A stretch of DNA of 63,130 bases, filler included, from Globobulimina sp. (GCA_003354225.1; 20 parts of 20 records of this genome joined end to end with filler, not necessarily neighbours in it); one strand, 5' to 3'; numbered from the whole stretch's first letter, positions 47,240 through 60,643 are shown. Numbers and translations are program-made. Notes: a model not told the origin generated them from the letters alone.

Positions 47240-47432
47240 TGGTAAGAGTGGGTTATATATCAGAAATACACCACTGTTTCGATTGTTTTCAACTCAAACA
47301 TGAGTGTAAATGTGGAGAAGTTATGGGAATATNNNNNNNNNNNNNNNNNNNNNNNNNNNNNNNNNNNNNNNNNNNNTTAATTAATTAANNNNNNNNNNNN
47401 NNNNNNNNNNNNNNNNNNNNNNNNNNNNNNNN

Positions 47433-49432
47433 TCCGCTGATTTGACCACAGATATTTGATAATTGTAGGACTTATCGGTTGCGTCGAACAGAGGCTGTTG
47501 TAATGGCATTCTGTCAATGCAAGAGATCCATGTTCCGCAATTAAAGTCATTTTTTCCGGTACAATGCGCGATATGATCCACCGGGTAGATTGGATAAAAT
47601 ACATCAATATATTCCGTTGTTGGTGTCAAAAAATCCTATGTATTCAGATCAGAATCCAACAGCAGCACATTTTAAGGTTTTGCATTTGCTAAAATAACGT
47701 ACAAAGAGCATCCAAACTTAACTACTTCTTCAAATTTAAACGATAATGAAGCATTGGCACACATTCCATTTACAAATTTAAAATCCAGATAAAAAAAAGA
47801 TGAGTCAGTAGCTAAATCCTCAGTGCTTTGAATAATTTGTGTGAACGAGATTGTATCGTTTGGTTTATACAATGTCATATCAAATGTGCTATTTGCTCCA
47901 ATATAATGGCCAATTGGCGTCGGATATGGTGTGGGAACCGGCGGAAGAGCTATTATATAAATATCGGCGATGGTGGTTTGTAATCGCATGGCAAACAACT
48001 TAACTGGGCGGAGGCGTGGGATACGCATCAATGCCAATAACGTCAACAGACAGATATGCAATGTCATAAACAGCAGCACCATCATATAAACCACCACTTG
48101 CAAACATAATATTATTCGCAGAATCATACCACGGAGAAGAATACTCAGCGTTGCTTATGGTCGACGCATATTTAACGGGGACATTTGTTGATATCATTGT
48201 ATTGTTTCTTGTATCAAAGATCTCAATGTTTGCTCGATTGCCGCCAATGATCCACAATCTATCTTTATTATCAATTAATACTTTATGCCCTATTCGTGCA
48301 TTGGCTAAATTATTATTGTCATTTGTGGATATCATCGTATTTAGATCCAATGCTTCAATGTTATTTGTTGCTTGTTTGTCATACATTGTGTAGCCGGCAA
48401 TAGCATATAACATATTATTGGCAGCAGCACAGCCACAGTGCGTACGTGGTACAATCAGTGAGCTAAAGGAAGACATCCATTCATCATTGACAATGTCATA
48501 GGATTGGATGTTATGATATGGTGACAATGAGACGGAATCTCGACCTCCAATGATAAACAAATGTGTGTTATTGTTTGTGATGCAAATGTCTGATAATAAT
48601 ACTGCGCTTTGAGCTGAATACGTAGCTGTATCAATCCATGCGGATTGATTTAAATTATATTTTAGGTTGTATAAATGTATAAAATACTGCCAATTTGCGT
48701 GGAACACTGACTGTTGCAAAAGAAGGAAACATTGTTATTCAATATCTGCCAGGAAGCTGTGGCAAATTGTAATGAATTTCCTGTTGAATTGCTGTCTGTG
48801 TACGGTGTGATGATACGTTTATATATATTGTTATTGGATGAATTTGAAATATTGCCACCGATTACGGTTAATATATTGCCATAATATGCAGTAATATGTC
48901 CATATAACTTTATTTTTAAATTATTATTTTTCATTACATGCCATATGTGATATTGTTCGTGGCCGCATTCGATTGTTATGTTTAAATTCATTGAATATCC
49001 ATCACAAAATGCATTTATTTCTCCTGATTTTACAATGTGTATTTTAATAATTTCGCCATCGTCAAAGAATTTTCGTTTATTAAAATCAAAATTATTAATA
49101 CATTCACTAAAATTGCCACAATTTTCTTGATACTTTCCACTGCAATTCGCGATAATATCCGATGATGAATATACAAGAAAATATTCTTCAATGTCGTCAA
49201 AATCAATCTCTTCAAATATTAGTGATAACTTTGGATCATAACATCGTCCATTTAAAAAAGAGAATGAAATGTTTAAAATCTCATCATTGTATGTATCAAT
49301 TGTTGATTTTACATTAAATGTGTTATTTGAAGATAAAAAATCATTTGCTACATTAAACGATTTAAAAAATGAAGATTGTGCATTGCAATTGTAAACATAT
49401 CCTGTTGCACTTAAAAATAATAAAATCCACAT
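47433..49432 (-). CDS. Large secreted kelch-repeat protein with repeated Cys-containing domains, 3'-truncated
   Basis: Signal peptide; kelch motifs LFIIGG, LYAIAG, LWIIGG; PTPYPT linker; a repeated F.NG.C....LS..FEE.DF....EY domain; GT-AG introns join the ORFs near 48004 and 47720, and an intron or frameshift near 48665. Confidence 0.8.
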
Positions 49433-49531
49433 AATTTATTTTTGCTCGAAACACCGAAAAGATGGTCACTTCACTTCAATGTTAGAAAATCCTTTTTTTT
49501 ATATATATTAAATACACAAAACATCGCATTT

Positions 49532-50492
49532 TTAGTTTAACTTCAATGTTAAAGAGTTATTATTTGGAGCAGTTGATGATCTTCGCATTTTATGCACGTA
49601 TTGCTTGACTTCACCATTCATTGTTTGACTTTCTTGATCCTCATCTGATTGATTGTTAAACGTATATTTTGTTCCAGTTTCATCAATCATAATCAATAAA
49701 TTCTTCAATGGATATAATATAATAAGTAACTCAACGAGACCTAAACAACCAGCAACAATAAATGTGATACATTCCAAACCTACTTTTTTAAAACATTCAT
49801 ACATCACAGCAAAGAATATAGGGGCAACAATCCATGTAATTGCGCGGACTGCAAAAATTACACCAAATCCAATGCCTTGTTCCTTTTCATCCAAATATTT
49901 GGTAACCAATCCATTCGAAGCAGGAAATGATAGCATTCCTAATGTTAACAACATTCCACTTAAACTAACAAGAGCTAAATGAGGAAACCATGAAATAAGA
50001 GACATAAAAAAAAATGCAATTACAGATAACCCGCAACCAATACATAATATATTAATATCTGACAATTGTAATTGTTGTAATTTTGGCAAAATATATAAAT
50101 TTCCAATTAATAATCCCATAGCAGCAGAAATTAAAAACAAACTGCTTATTTTTGTTGATTCAAAGTCGTTATTAATACCCATTTGATCTAAAATAAATGT
50201 AATCGCAATTTCTAAAACTCCGGTTTCAGGCAAAGACGCAAAAAATTGAACGACAGCAATCCAAGCAACAACTGGATGTGCACGCATTTTAAATAACGGT
50301 TTTAAAGGATTAAAAAATTTTTTTTTGTTAAATTTTTTGCGGAGATTAGGTGTCAATGATTCGTGAACAAAAAAATAGACATAAACAATTTGCATTATAT
50401 TAATTATTGTGATAATAAGAAAATTTAATTCTGTATAAAAATAAAGCTCGACTAAAACAGAGATAACTGTACCAACAATTAAAACAATCGCC
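49532..50492 (-). CDS. MFS transporter (HIAT1/SLC46/TetA-like), 5'-truncated
   Basis: F.HESL, FNPL.PL, S.P....L.......EQG...G....VR.....AP. Confidence 0.85.
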
Positions 50493-50594
50493 NNNNNNNN
50501 NNNNNNNNNNNNNNNNNNNNNNNNNNNNNNNNNNNNTTAATTAATTAANNNNNNNNNNNNNNNNNNNNNNNNNNNNNNNNNNNNNNNNNNNNCA

Positions 50595-50690
50595 TTTTTC
50601 TTTATCATGACATATATTTTTTGTCATAACTTTTTTCTTTGTCATGACTTTTTTTTCCTTATCATGACTTTTTTTTTCTTTGTCATGACA
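50595..50690. repeat. Minisatellite of about 20 bp (ttttt(c)ttt(g/a)tcatgac)
   Basis: About 5 imperfect copies at the contig start. Confidence 0.8.
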
Positions 50691-50862
50691 AACCAACATT
50701 TGAAAACTCTGAAAATCTCCACTGTGTATCGAGAACTAAACTAAAAAGAAACACAAAAAAACAAACTAATATTTTACACAAAACAATGAGAAGATCTATA
50801 TAGAAAATAAATATTAAATTGAATTTTTTTTGTTTTTTTGCATTTTAATATTGATATTACCA

Positions 50863-52445
50863 TTAACCACCGCAGCAACATCCATCACCACACTCACAAC
50901 CACACTCCAATTGGTCAGCAAAACATAGCGGCATACAAATTGCTATCACATATCCACCCAATCCCGCAATAAATGTATACATTAAAAATGTCGTTTCACC
51001 CTTTGTCAAATATAAAAAATCAGCGTTTAACCACACCGCGCCCCAAAATGGTGATAATACCAAAAAAATAAAAAATAATCCTAATAATACTCCAACCACT
51101 ACATATAATACATTTTTCCACCAGGGATATATTAATATTTTCTGCAAATCGAAATTAAACAATCTTATTCCATACAAACCACTAAAAAATACACTCAAAA
51201 ATGAGAAAATAAAAAATATTTCAACGACAGAATCGCGACTCATTATGGCAACAATGTTTGTGCCGCCGGTATACGACACTAAATCTACTGAATTCCTATA
51301 TTCTTTTTTATCTAATCCTAATATACAATCACTTCCACCGTTACTTTGCTTATAAATGCTAAACATAATACCTATTATGCACTGAGTCACGTCTTCAAAT
51401 ACGTGAAGAAGCAACATAGCCACTATGAAAAGTGTAAATTCGTCCTGGTTTATGGTATCATCCGGTTGGTATTTGGCTCTCTGCTTTGGTTCCTCCCCTA
51501 ACAAAACGAAGAAAAAACCACATATAATATTGCAAAAAACGAAAAACAAATCCTGTCACAAAAACGTGTTTGCTTTTTAGAAATTATACCTTTAAAACAC
51601 CATAAATATGATCTTTTGAGGTCTTTGTATCGAACTTTACATCCACTGCACAAACCGCATACTATCCAAATACCAGAAATAACAAAAAACACAATGCACG
51701 AATTAGCACAATGCGTAAAATATGAATCCATGACATTATCAGCGATGTTTTCCGCCATTTTGGTAGGTGAACAATATTTTTCTTGCTCTTTCCTATCGTT
51801 TATATCGTTATATAGCTGAAGGGAATATAAATGATATGCGCTATCGGATAAATATAGACTATCTGACGCACATTGTGCACATTGTAAACATGTCGAATTA
51901 ATATCGCTTGAATAATCCATACATGCGTTATATTCAATATTTGTTGTAGTCCATGGATACGTTGATAGATGGCTACAATTCCAATTTGGTGAGGTATTAT
52001 CAATATAATTACATTGACATTGCGTGTCTGATGTTGTATTCATTAAGAATTTCTCAAAGGAATTTAATGAATTTTCTCCGTTAAACGTACACGTTAAGAT
52101 AGTGATATTTGTTTTGGCTGTTTTTATGTTGGAATGCGCATTATTATAATCATCGTGTGTGGATTTTATAAATAGCCATAAATTAAAATCAGTGTAATAA
52201 TTTATAAATGTTAACAGAAATGGCCATAAAAATAATAATAAAATGACTAAGAAGGCCATATAGGGTAAACATGAATTTTCTTCTGTTGGTTCAGGTGTTG
52301 GTGGCGAACTTGTGTCTTCTTCTTCTTCAGGGAATTCTGCATCGGGCAATTCTGGCTCAGTGTCTTGGTTATTGTCAAAGTTTTGATTTACTTGTACTTC
52401 TAATTGTATTTGATTGGGATTTGGTGCAACTGTCGTTGTTGCCAT
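50863..52445 (-). CDS. Multi-pass membrane protein with a Cys-rich extracellular loop; frameshift near 51545
   Basis: Two overlapping ORFs continue the same TM pattern; LH.FED..Q motif. Confidence 0.6.
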
Positions 52446-52750
52446 TGTGTCAAAGTAGTTTGTATAAAGTTTTTTTAATTTGGTGATCTGTTGTTCACAA
52501 ATAGATAAAAACAGTAAAAAACTGTTTCTGTTTGTTATATATTATAATATATTGGAAAATTACTTACTTTTAATGTACTGTACAATCATTTACAATTATT
52601 GAAAAAAATAAAGAAATAGCATCAATTATCAAAGCACTATAAAATACGTACAAATATATAAAAACAGCATAAAAAATTAAATAAATAGTGAAAGAAATAA
52701 ATAAACAATCAATGATGTGCAGTCCGGCCAATTAAATTGTAAAAATATTA

Positions 52751-53628
52751 TTATATACTGTCATAACGTCGAGGAGAGGAAAAAAATGTATTTTTATATC
52801 CATTTGTTGGTTGATGTTTTGTTTTATATTGTTTTGACACAGCGGACACGCTTTGAACATGCTTCGTTTTATGTTTTGTATTTGCATGTTTTCTCAATTT
52901 ATTGTTAATATTTGCATTATACACACTGTAGTTTTCGTCGTCGTTTACTAAAATATTTATTGTTAATATTTGTGGCTCTCTTTTAATAAAATATGGTTTT
53001 GGTCCTCCAAATAATTCTGTGTCTGTTTTTTCTAAATGCAATCTCGTTTGTCGGTGTTGTAAGTTATGTTTGTACTGTTTTCGTTTTCTCGATTTACGTT
53101 TGTCCATTAACTTATTGTTATTTTTTACATTTTTCTGAGTACCTATTGATGAGAATGGATTTGAGAGCTTAGTTAGTTGTCTGTTTGACATTTTGTAGTG
53201 ATTTTTGTGAAGGACATTTTGAAGTAATGACGGCTCAGAATAAGAGTATTCGAGAGAGGGAACCACAATGATTTTATCAGATGATTTGTGGACTGCTTCA
53301 TGGAGAAGCACAATATTCTTCATTCCTCTTTGACTGAACGATGGATATTCTTCATTCGATTCTAATTGTTCTGGAGAATCAAATATATGCGTCGGCGGTA
53401 TCTGTATATTCAAAGACTAGTTATAAATACTTATAATCAAACTGTTCTGTATATACAGAGAACATTGCTTACAAATGTGGCTGGTGCTGAACGGGATTCT
53501 ATCGGTGAGAGTCTTGTATGATCCATACTGTACTGATTGTTTGGTAAATTTTGCACTTAAACTTTCTACGTCTAAACTCTAGCTCAGTGTAACCATGGAA
53601 TCAAGATCAACCTCTTTTGACACTGACA
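52751..53628 (-). CDS. Hypothetical low-complexity protein, probably spliced
   Basis: 220-aa ORF plus a probable upstream exon. Confidence 0.35.
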
Positions 53629-53752
53629 TATACTTTTTTGTATGATCATCAANNNNNNNNNNNNNNNNNNNNNNNNNNNNNNNNNNNNNNNNNNNNTTAA
53701 TTAATTAANNNNNNNNNNNNNNNNNNNNNNNNNNNNNNNNNNNNNNNNNNNN

Positions 53753-54223
53753 TTAGATCCAGCCTTAGCGTATGCGGATTTTTCCAAAATTGGCGTATTT
53801 GGACACAGTATGGGTGGAGCAGCAACAGTGCATGTTTCTGATCAAAAGACTTTGAATATTGTAGCATCCGCGCCTTTACATCCCAGTGTGGCGGATGATA
53901 AGGATAAGAGTGAGAGCCGGAACGTGGCGTGTCCTGCTTTATGGTTTACGGGAAGCTCAGATGTCATTGTACCACCCAATGGAGTGTATAATGGATGGTT
54001 ACAAGACCCTAAATTACCAAAAGTATTTGCCGAGATTAAAGGATCAACGCATAACAATCATGTCAATAATGAAGGACCATATGTGGCGCAATATTTTGAT
54101 TGTTTAATCAAAAAAAGTGCCACTGCTTGTAATTATTTTAAACCTGGTAATCCTAGTTATATTTGTACCGGCGGTATGGCAATGTCAAGATGTTATGTAA
54201 ATGGAACAGTTGGTGTTATGTAA
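53753..54223 (+). CDS. Alpha/beta hydrolase (chlorophyllase/cutinase/PETase-like), 5'-truncated
   Basis: KIGVFGHSMGG nucleophile elbow, P.LW.TG..D.IV (Asp), EIKGSTH (His), C-terminal cysteines. Confidence 0.85.
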   Translation, partial: LDPALAYADFSKIGVFGHSMGGAATVHVSDQKTLNIVASAPLHPSVADDKDKSESRNVACPALWFTGSSDVIVPPNGVYNGWLQDPKLPKVFAEIKGSTHNNHVNNEGPYVAQYFDCLIKKSATACNYFKPGNPSYICTGGMAMSRCYVNGTVGVM

Positions 54224-54568
54224 ATAAATGACATATAATATTTTTTTACTTTTGTAGAACGTAAATATAAATATTAAGCATCTAAATAGTGACGTTAACG
54301 GAATGTAATCAATGTATACAACCCCTCATGTGATGAAGTTATATGGCCATAGCTCTATAGACATATATACTATGCCCTAGCCCTTAACAAACACATGCAC
54401 TGCTATATGCCTTTACCGTATCTCGTATGATTCAAATTGTGCGAGGATATAAGTAACAACACGTTTCTAACTTCTAAGGTTACCCTGATTCTTAAAGTTT
54501 TGAAGAAGAAGCACGTTTTCACAAAGATAATATTCTAGTTAACTTGATTTTTTTCTAAACAGCACATA

Positions 54569-56346
54569 ATGTCATCGATGCATCGGCGCAAGCTGCCTTT
54601 CTGGTCATACCAGTGTTATCAAAATCAATTGTTATTTCATGGTTATATTAGAAAAATTGGTAGCAACTTCCTACAGTTAGATATCATTGATCTGAGCTTA
54701 AAATACTATACGGGTTCCAGACCATTATTCAATGAAAAAAGCTTTTGGTTGAATACTGATGACGAAGTAGAAGAAGAAGACAATATTATTGATCCTGAGA
54801 CTATATTTGTTTTCCCACAACATAGCGATCAAAAAAAATACAAACATATAATTGAGCCACACTCTCAACACAAATGGTGTGCACAACCAACAATGAGGAT
54901 AAATAATAAAAACTATAACTTACAGTACGAATTTTGTGTTGAATGTGTGGAAAACATGTTAAATGGTGGTGATAAAATTGAAATTGGCATTAGATCCAGC
55001 AATGATAAACACAACGATTCGATTGCGTATTTCATGCGATGTCTGCCTTGGGATCCTGATAAATATATATTTATATTTGATTCTTATTTGACGCAAACTT
55101 ACATAACTGACGATGTCGACGATACGATGACTGTTTGTCATAGGAATGGCAACATATCAATTCCGAAAATAAAATATGATAAAAACGTTATGATCTCATT
55201 AATTGTGCAATGTTCCAGAAAGAAATGGATGCTGCATTTTGCGTTTAATGATGGCATTATTCATTCCATAAAAGTGCAAGCAAATAAATGCTACATTCCG
55301 TGCATACAAATACATAAAAACAACAGGAAACTGTACGCTGGGGAATATAGGATAAAATGTAGAATATTATCAATGAAATACTGTCTACGAGCACACGGTA
55401 TGTCGAGTAAATACAGGAAAATAAAAGACAAAGATAGATATATATATATTTGCTTTGGATGACGCCCAGCAGCTAATTATGGGCAGAGTGCATTTTGTAC
55501 GTACTTCAAACGATGTGCTTGATTTATTATGGCGAGGATATAAATTGTTATGTTTCGATAAAAATAAGGTTAACAAACATAAGATGGAAACACGTCCATT
55601 GTATATGTATATTCATTATTTTCCAGGCTTCATTGAAAAGAAAATGTGTACTCTGCTGGAAATATATCAATTGTTTTGGCGAGAATGTAATGAGTTTATT
55701 GGAGATATGTTGTTAAAGAGAAAGGGATTCGGCAGCAGATATCTGGGAAATGTAGAGAATACGCATGGGTTTAAAATTGGTGCCATTATAACTGAATATG
55801 TTATCGATGATTATAGTTTGGATTATAAAGAATATAGAAACAGTGACAAATACTTTGGTGACACTTTTCAATCTCTTTTATATGATGGCGATGGCTTTGA
55901 TTTATATAAATTATGGGAAGGTTGTTTTACATGTTGTGGGCCGCCGACTAATATGGATAAAACTTAAGATTAATGTTGTGGGCCGTCTTAAGATTAATAC
56001 AGCAATTAAGTCATTTGAGATTAAATTGGAAAAAGAAAGAGCAGAAAAGGAAGAAGAAATGTATAACGAAACGTTAATTGAATTAGCACAATATTATAAT
56101 TTGATGAAAAATAGGTTTTTAAGTAATGAGATAAAGAGAAAATGGAAGCAGAAACGAAAGGAGCGCAGCGGATACAAATATAATAGAAGAAATCGTTTGA
56201 AACCACAGCAAAATGCCTGTCAAGTAATTGAATGTTTAATTCGTATCTTTAAGCATAATAAACATGAACATGAATTAAATACATTTCTAAATGAAGAGTT
56301 TTATGGATATCTCAGTTTTGAGTCTGATAATTCATATATATCTTAA
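54569..56346 (+). CDS. Hypothetical protein(s) in three overlapping ORFs (LFHGYIR N-terminus, SPRY-like beta region); possibly one degraded gene
   Basis: ORFs 54569-55462, 55455-55967 and 55798-56346 overlap in different frames; local duplications at 55930-56000. Confidence 0.4.
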
Positions 56347-56912
56347 TGATGAGTTCCGACAGCTAACACATATCCCTACGTGGTCGGATAACCTATCTGC
56401 AAAAGTCTAAATATCATCACCACAAACATGTGTATATAAATCGGATGTGGCTTATATATCGGAACTCATCGTTTAGTTTTGAATCGTGGCTGGGGAGAAT
56501 GAGAATGCATGATAGAATTAATTTTTATAACACAGACAAAAAAAGTGTGTAAGCCGTTTCATGTCATTATTTATAATTACAATTCATATCAATTATCAAT
56601 TTTAATTGAATCCGATTTCAATAATGAAATCAGTTACAAATATAAAATTGACATTGATATTAAAAATCAACATGAAATAGCACACAACAACAAAAAAAAT
56701 GCAAAAAAAGCAAAGACAATTTAACAAAATTATTTTACGAATTTGTATAATTTGATTACCAAACAGTTAACGCACTTACTAATACAAACGAAACAAATAC
56801 TTTTAACATACTNNNNNNNNNNNNNNNNNNNNNNNNNNNNNNNNNNNNNNNNNNNNTTAATTAATTAANNNNNNNNNNNNNNNNNNNNNNNNNNNNNNNN
56901 NNNNNNNNNNNN

Positions 56913-57446
56913 GTTAAAAAGGAAACAAATTAACATAACTTCTAAAAGTTGCGGCGATTTTGCAGTGTTTGACAACAATGCTAACGATTCTTCGTTTTCT
57001 CTTTCATCAATTTTGCTGCTTTCTATTTGCTTTATGATTGTTTTAAAATTACGAAATATTTTTCCGTTATTTTGCCGCAATGCATTATCGGATATTTGCA
57101 ATAGTAAATGAATGATATTTGCATAATTTTCATCATTGTGATCCTGTGTTTGTTGGTAATGATGGAAGCAAGTTTGTAATGCGTTGTGTTTGTTGGCTTG
57201 TCCCTGAATTTCAAATTTTTCAATCATTCTATATTTCGGTTCAAAATACATTGCGGAGTTATTTGTTAAATAAAGGAGTGTATATATAATATATTTGAAA
57301 TACCCATTCATTTTCTCGACAACATGATGAGATTGGATCCATTCTGTTGAGTGTTTTTCTAGTGTCCGATATGAAAGTTCTTCCGCTTTAGGATCATCAC
57401 AAAAGGATTGGATAAGGGATTGGATAAGTTGTGCTTTCTTAGACAT
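56913..57446 (-). CDS. Hypothetical protein, possibly PUB-like, 3'-truncated
   Basis: LLLQI..N.L.....K.FR.........L..L...F pattern. Confidence 0.4.
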
Positions 57447-57503
57447 GGCAACGGAAGTGCTGTTTTTTTGTGATGCTACATTTTCTGGCCCAGCTCTAAA
57501 AAA

Positions 57504-58940
57504 ATGGACAAAGAATCAACGAAATATATGATAACTCAACTTTTTAGTGAATATAAAAAAGAAGAGATTTTCAATGGAATTCAAAACGTGAATGCTCGAT
57601 TACTATGGGATATAAATTCATTTTGTAGCATATATTCTCGATCAAATAATAAATGGTTTCAAGGGGAAATTACAAAAATAATAATTGAAGCTGAAGAATG
57701 GTTAATTGTCACGTATAATAATGGTAAAAATAAAAAAATTCAACGATTTTGTTTTGATATCAAACCAGTTAATTTAGAATATGATATTAATAATAATTTA
57801 GAAACAATTATTAAATTTATTGCGGAACAATTAAGCGGAAAAACAACAGCAAAACAACAAAAACTAAACAACACAGGAATTGGTGGTGAGAATGATGAGA
57901 ATATATTGAATGTGAAAACAAAATATGGCGATAACCGATTAATTACATTGCATGTGAACACATTCAGAGATATTGCGCCAAAATCAAAATTCGCAATGGT
58001 CACAGATCTCGACAATACTCTTTTTCCTTCGAATCCAAATCAAACACAATCTCAACACAAGTTATCTAACAAAAATATACAGCAATTTAATGACATTTGG
58101 TGCAATGAATATGGCATAAAAAACTGCGTATTAATATATGCGACGGGGCGTAATTTTGAGCATTATAAAGCGGCAGTTAGTCGTTGGGATATACTGAAAC
58201 CAGATATACTTATTTCTAAAGATGGAGCACAGATTCATTGGTTCAACAAATCGCTATGTCACAATGAGAGTTTCCACGCCATGGATGACGCACACTTTGT
58301 ATGGGAAGATAGTTTATGGACTGCTCAGTTGTCACAAGGATGGAATCAAGAATTTGCTGAACAACTTTATGATGAAGTTATTGATAAATATGGTCATAAA
58401 TTATTAAAATGGCCAAGAAATGCGGCAGTGCAACAATTGAGAGTTGGTGTGTTGTGTAAAGGACATGGCATAGCAACAGAAATTGGGCAATATTATGTGC
58501 AGAGAGTCGGTGAATATAATGAAACGAATTTGCGTACGAATAGGCGAGGCTTTGTTGCAATGAATATACATTCATTTGCATGTTTGGAAGGTAAAATGTA
58601 TCAAAATGAAGGATATGCTCCGTATTGGAGTGCATTTACAACAGCGTCAGCAGGGAAAGGATCGGCTGTTGAATTTTTGAGGAAAAGATTAGGTTTAAAG
58701 AGAAGGGATATTATTTGTATGGGAGATTCTGGGAATGATATAAGTATGTTAGGCATGGATGGATATAATAGTGTCATATTATAAATGAAAAATTCATCAC
58801 AGGAATTATTGCAATTTTATCAACAAAGGAATGGTGATAATAATAGAAATATGATAAAAACAACAAAACCAAATACATTGGGAGTTATTGAGGGATTACA
58901 ATATTTTGGATCTCGTTTATTCAAAAATGTTCATCAGTAA
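57504..58940 (+). CDS. Sucrose-phosphatase-like HAD-IIB hydrolase with an N-terminal Tudor-like domain; in-frame TAA at 58782-58784 before the last 51 codons
   Basis: MVTDLDNTL, LIYATGR, PDILI..DG, AGKG.AV.FL, CMGDSGND; continuation MKNSSQELLQFY...GVIEGLQYF. Confidence 0.85.
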
Positions 58941-59302
58941 TAAATATAATCTCAGTCAGTCATTTATTTTGTTGTTATATATCATTTACGCACCTTTTTT
59001 TGTTTAACGATTGTTTTTTGAATATAAATATCACATCAATTGTTTTTGTTAAATTGATGGATGATATTGAACATTTCTTTTGCTTTTAATTGTTTTTTTT
59101 TGTTTCAGAGCGTAGATGGCATTTTAGTATTAATGTGCTGTATACGTAAATGACCGTTTGTTGCTTTGCTATTTTATATTATTATATAGTTGTTGGAATG
59201 GCACAAAATATCATGCTCGATCTGCGCACTTTACCTCAAGAAACAAAACATCACAACACAACTGACAGAAAATTACAAATATTAAAACTAAAGTGATAAA
59301 CA

Positions 59303-59971
59303 TCAGATTAAAGGTTGCATTTCAGCATATTCCTCATGTCCACCATCATCAAAATCAAATTTGACTTCCTCATCATCATCTTCCTCAAATGTATATTTTG
59401 GTAAAATATCCTGTTGATACATTCTATGACAAAAGCATTTGCTTAAAAAATAATAGCCAATGAGTCCGCCATTCATTGCCAGTGCAACACCAAACAATGT
59501 TGCATCATCAACCACCATTATAAAAAAACAAACGCCCACAGCTATCAATAAAGTTATTACCGTTATCCATCCGCCAATTTTGCCAAATGGTATCTCAAAC
59601 GTTCTCGGTGCGTTTGGCTCCATATGTTTCAAAATCAAATATGCCATCAGCTCAATAATAAACTGTATAAAATATGTAAATAAATTAAATTCAATCAACT
59701 GATCAAAATCCAAATATATATTCGTCAACGCAACAAACAGCGTAATTACAACCGCCGCATATATCGCACTTCCGGTTCTTTCAAATAATTCACCAATGAA
59801 CTTCTTGGGCAATATGTTAATAATTATCGCAGTGGTGCCTGCATCAAACATCCCCGACATTGAAGTCAGCATAGTTCCATCACTCAAATATATGACACAA
59901 ACAATATTATAATTAATATATTTGAATATAAACATATGAGGATTGCATACCGAGCAATTTCAAAGTATGGC
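59303..59971 (-). CDS. APC-family amino acid/polyamine permease, C-terminal part
   Basis: LP..F......TG....A...., FDQL.E, E..AYL.LK..EP...R.F.IP.G..G. Confidence 0.8.
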
Positions 59972-60169
59972 NNNNNNNNNNNNNNNNNNNNNNNNNNNNN
60001 NNNNNNNNNNNNNNNTTAATTAATTAANNNNNNNNNNNNNNNNNNNNNNNNNNNNNNNNNNNNNNNNNNNNAGTGATCAGTTATTATTACAATTAGGAAT
60101 TTTGTATTTTAAAAATATTTTTTTAGTATTATAGTATTGTACAGTATAGTAGAAGCTCCTAAAGCTAAA

Positions 60170-60507
60170 GTGCCCCGACCCTATTTTTCTGAGGGGGGAA
60201 GGGAACTGTTATTAGTAATTCCAGTTTTGTAGTAGTAAAATGTAAAGTAATAAATGCACTTTTATGTTTTTATGTTTTGTTTGTTGCATGTTGTGCTGTC
60301 CAATCTTGCATGATTTAAAAAGCTTAATAAGTGGTCAGCTTAAGGTAAGTAGTGACACAAAGCAACCAAGAGCATTCGAATCAACGTCAAGGAAGAGAAT
60401 TCATCACTCGGTAACATCAAGTATCAAATAAGCTACCAACTTATCACAATGCTTTGACTTTTATAAATTGTCCCATTAGGACAGTAAAAAGATACGTAGT
60501 GGTAACA
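60170..60507 (+). mobile_element. Possible 3' end of a second LTR element (PPT + LTR)
   Basis: GAGGGGGGAAGGGAA (60191-60205) directly before TGTTA (60207); TAACA at 60416 and 60507; AATAAA at 60249. Confidence 0.45.
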
Positions 60508-60643
60508 TATGTGGAGGTTGAGTTTATTTTTATTTTTTGTAATGAATTAGATCAAATCGATTCTATTTTCAGTTCGTTAAGCACTATCCTATCAGCCAGA
60601 GGTACGGCAAGGACTACAAAACAACAGGAGGAGCAGGAAGGCA

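Larger units (their letters stand above)
44273..47332 (+). mobile_element. Bacteriophage genome fragment (string of small co-oriented ORFs)
   Basis: About 12 intronless ORFs of 28-135 aa on one strand, with abutting or overlapping stop-start codons, AGGAG-type RBSs and a sigma70 promoter. Confidence 0.85.

Noticed and set aside
18197-58784. Alternative genetic code suggested by the in-frame TGA (18197) and TAA (58782)
   Set aside because: TAA, TAG and TGA all end other genes at their expected C-termini (SDR, chitinase, NDUFS1, trypsin); isolated lesions and homopolymer frameshifts point to errors or pseudogenes.
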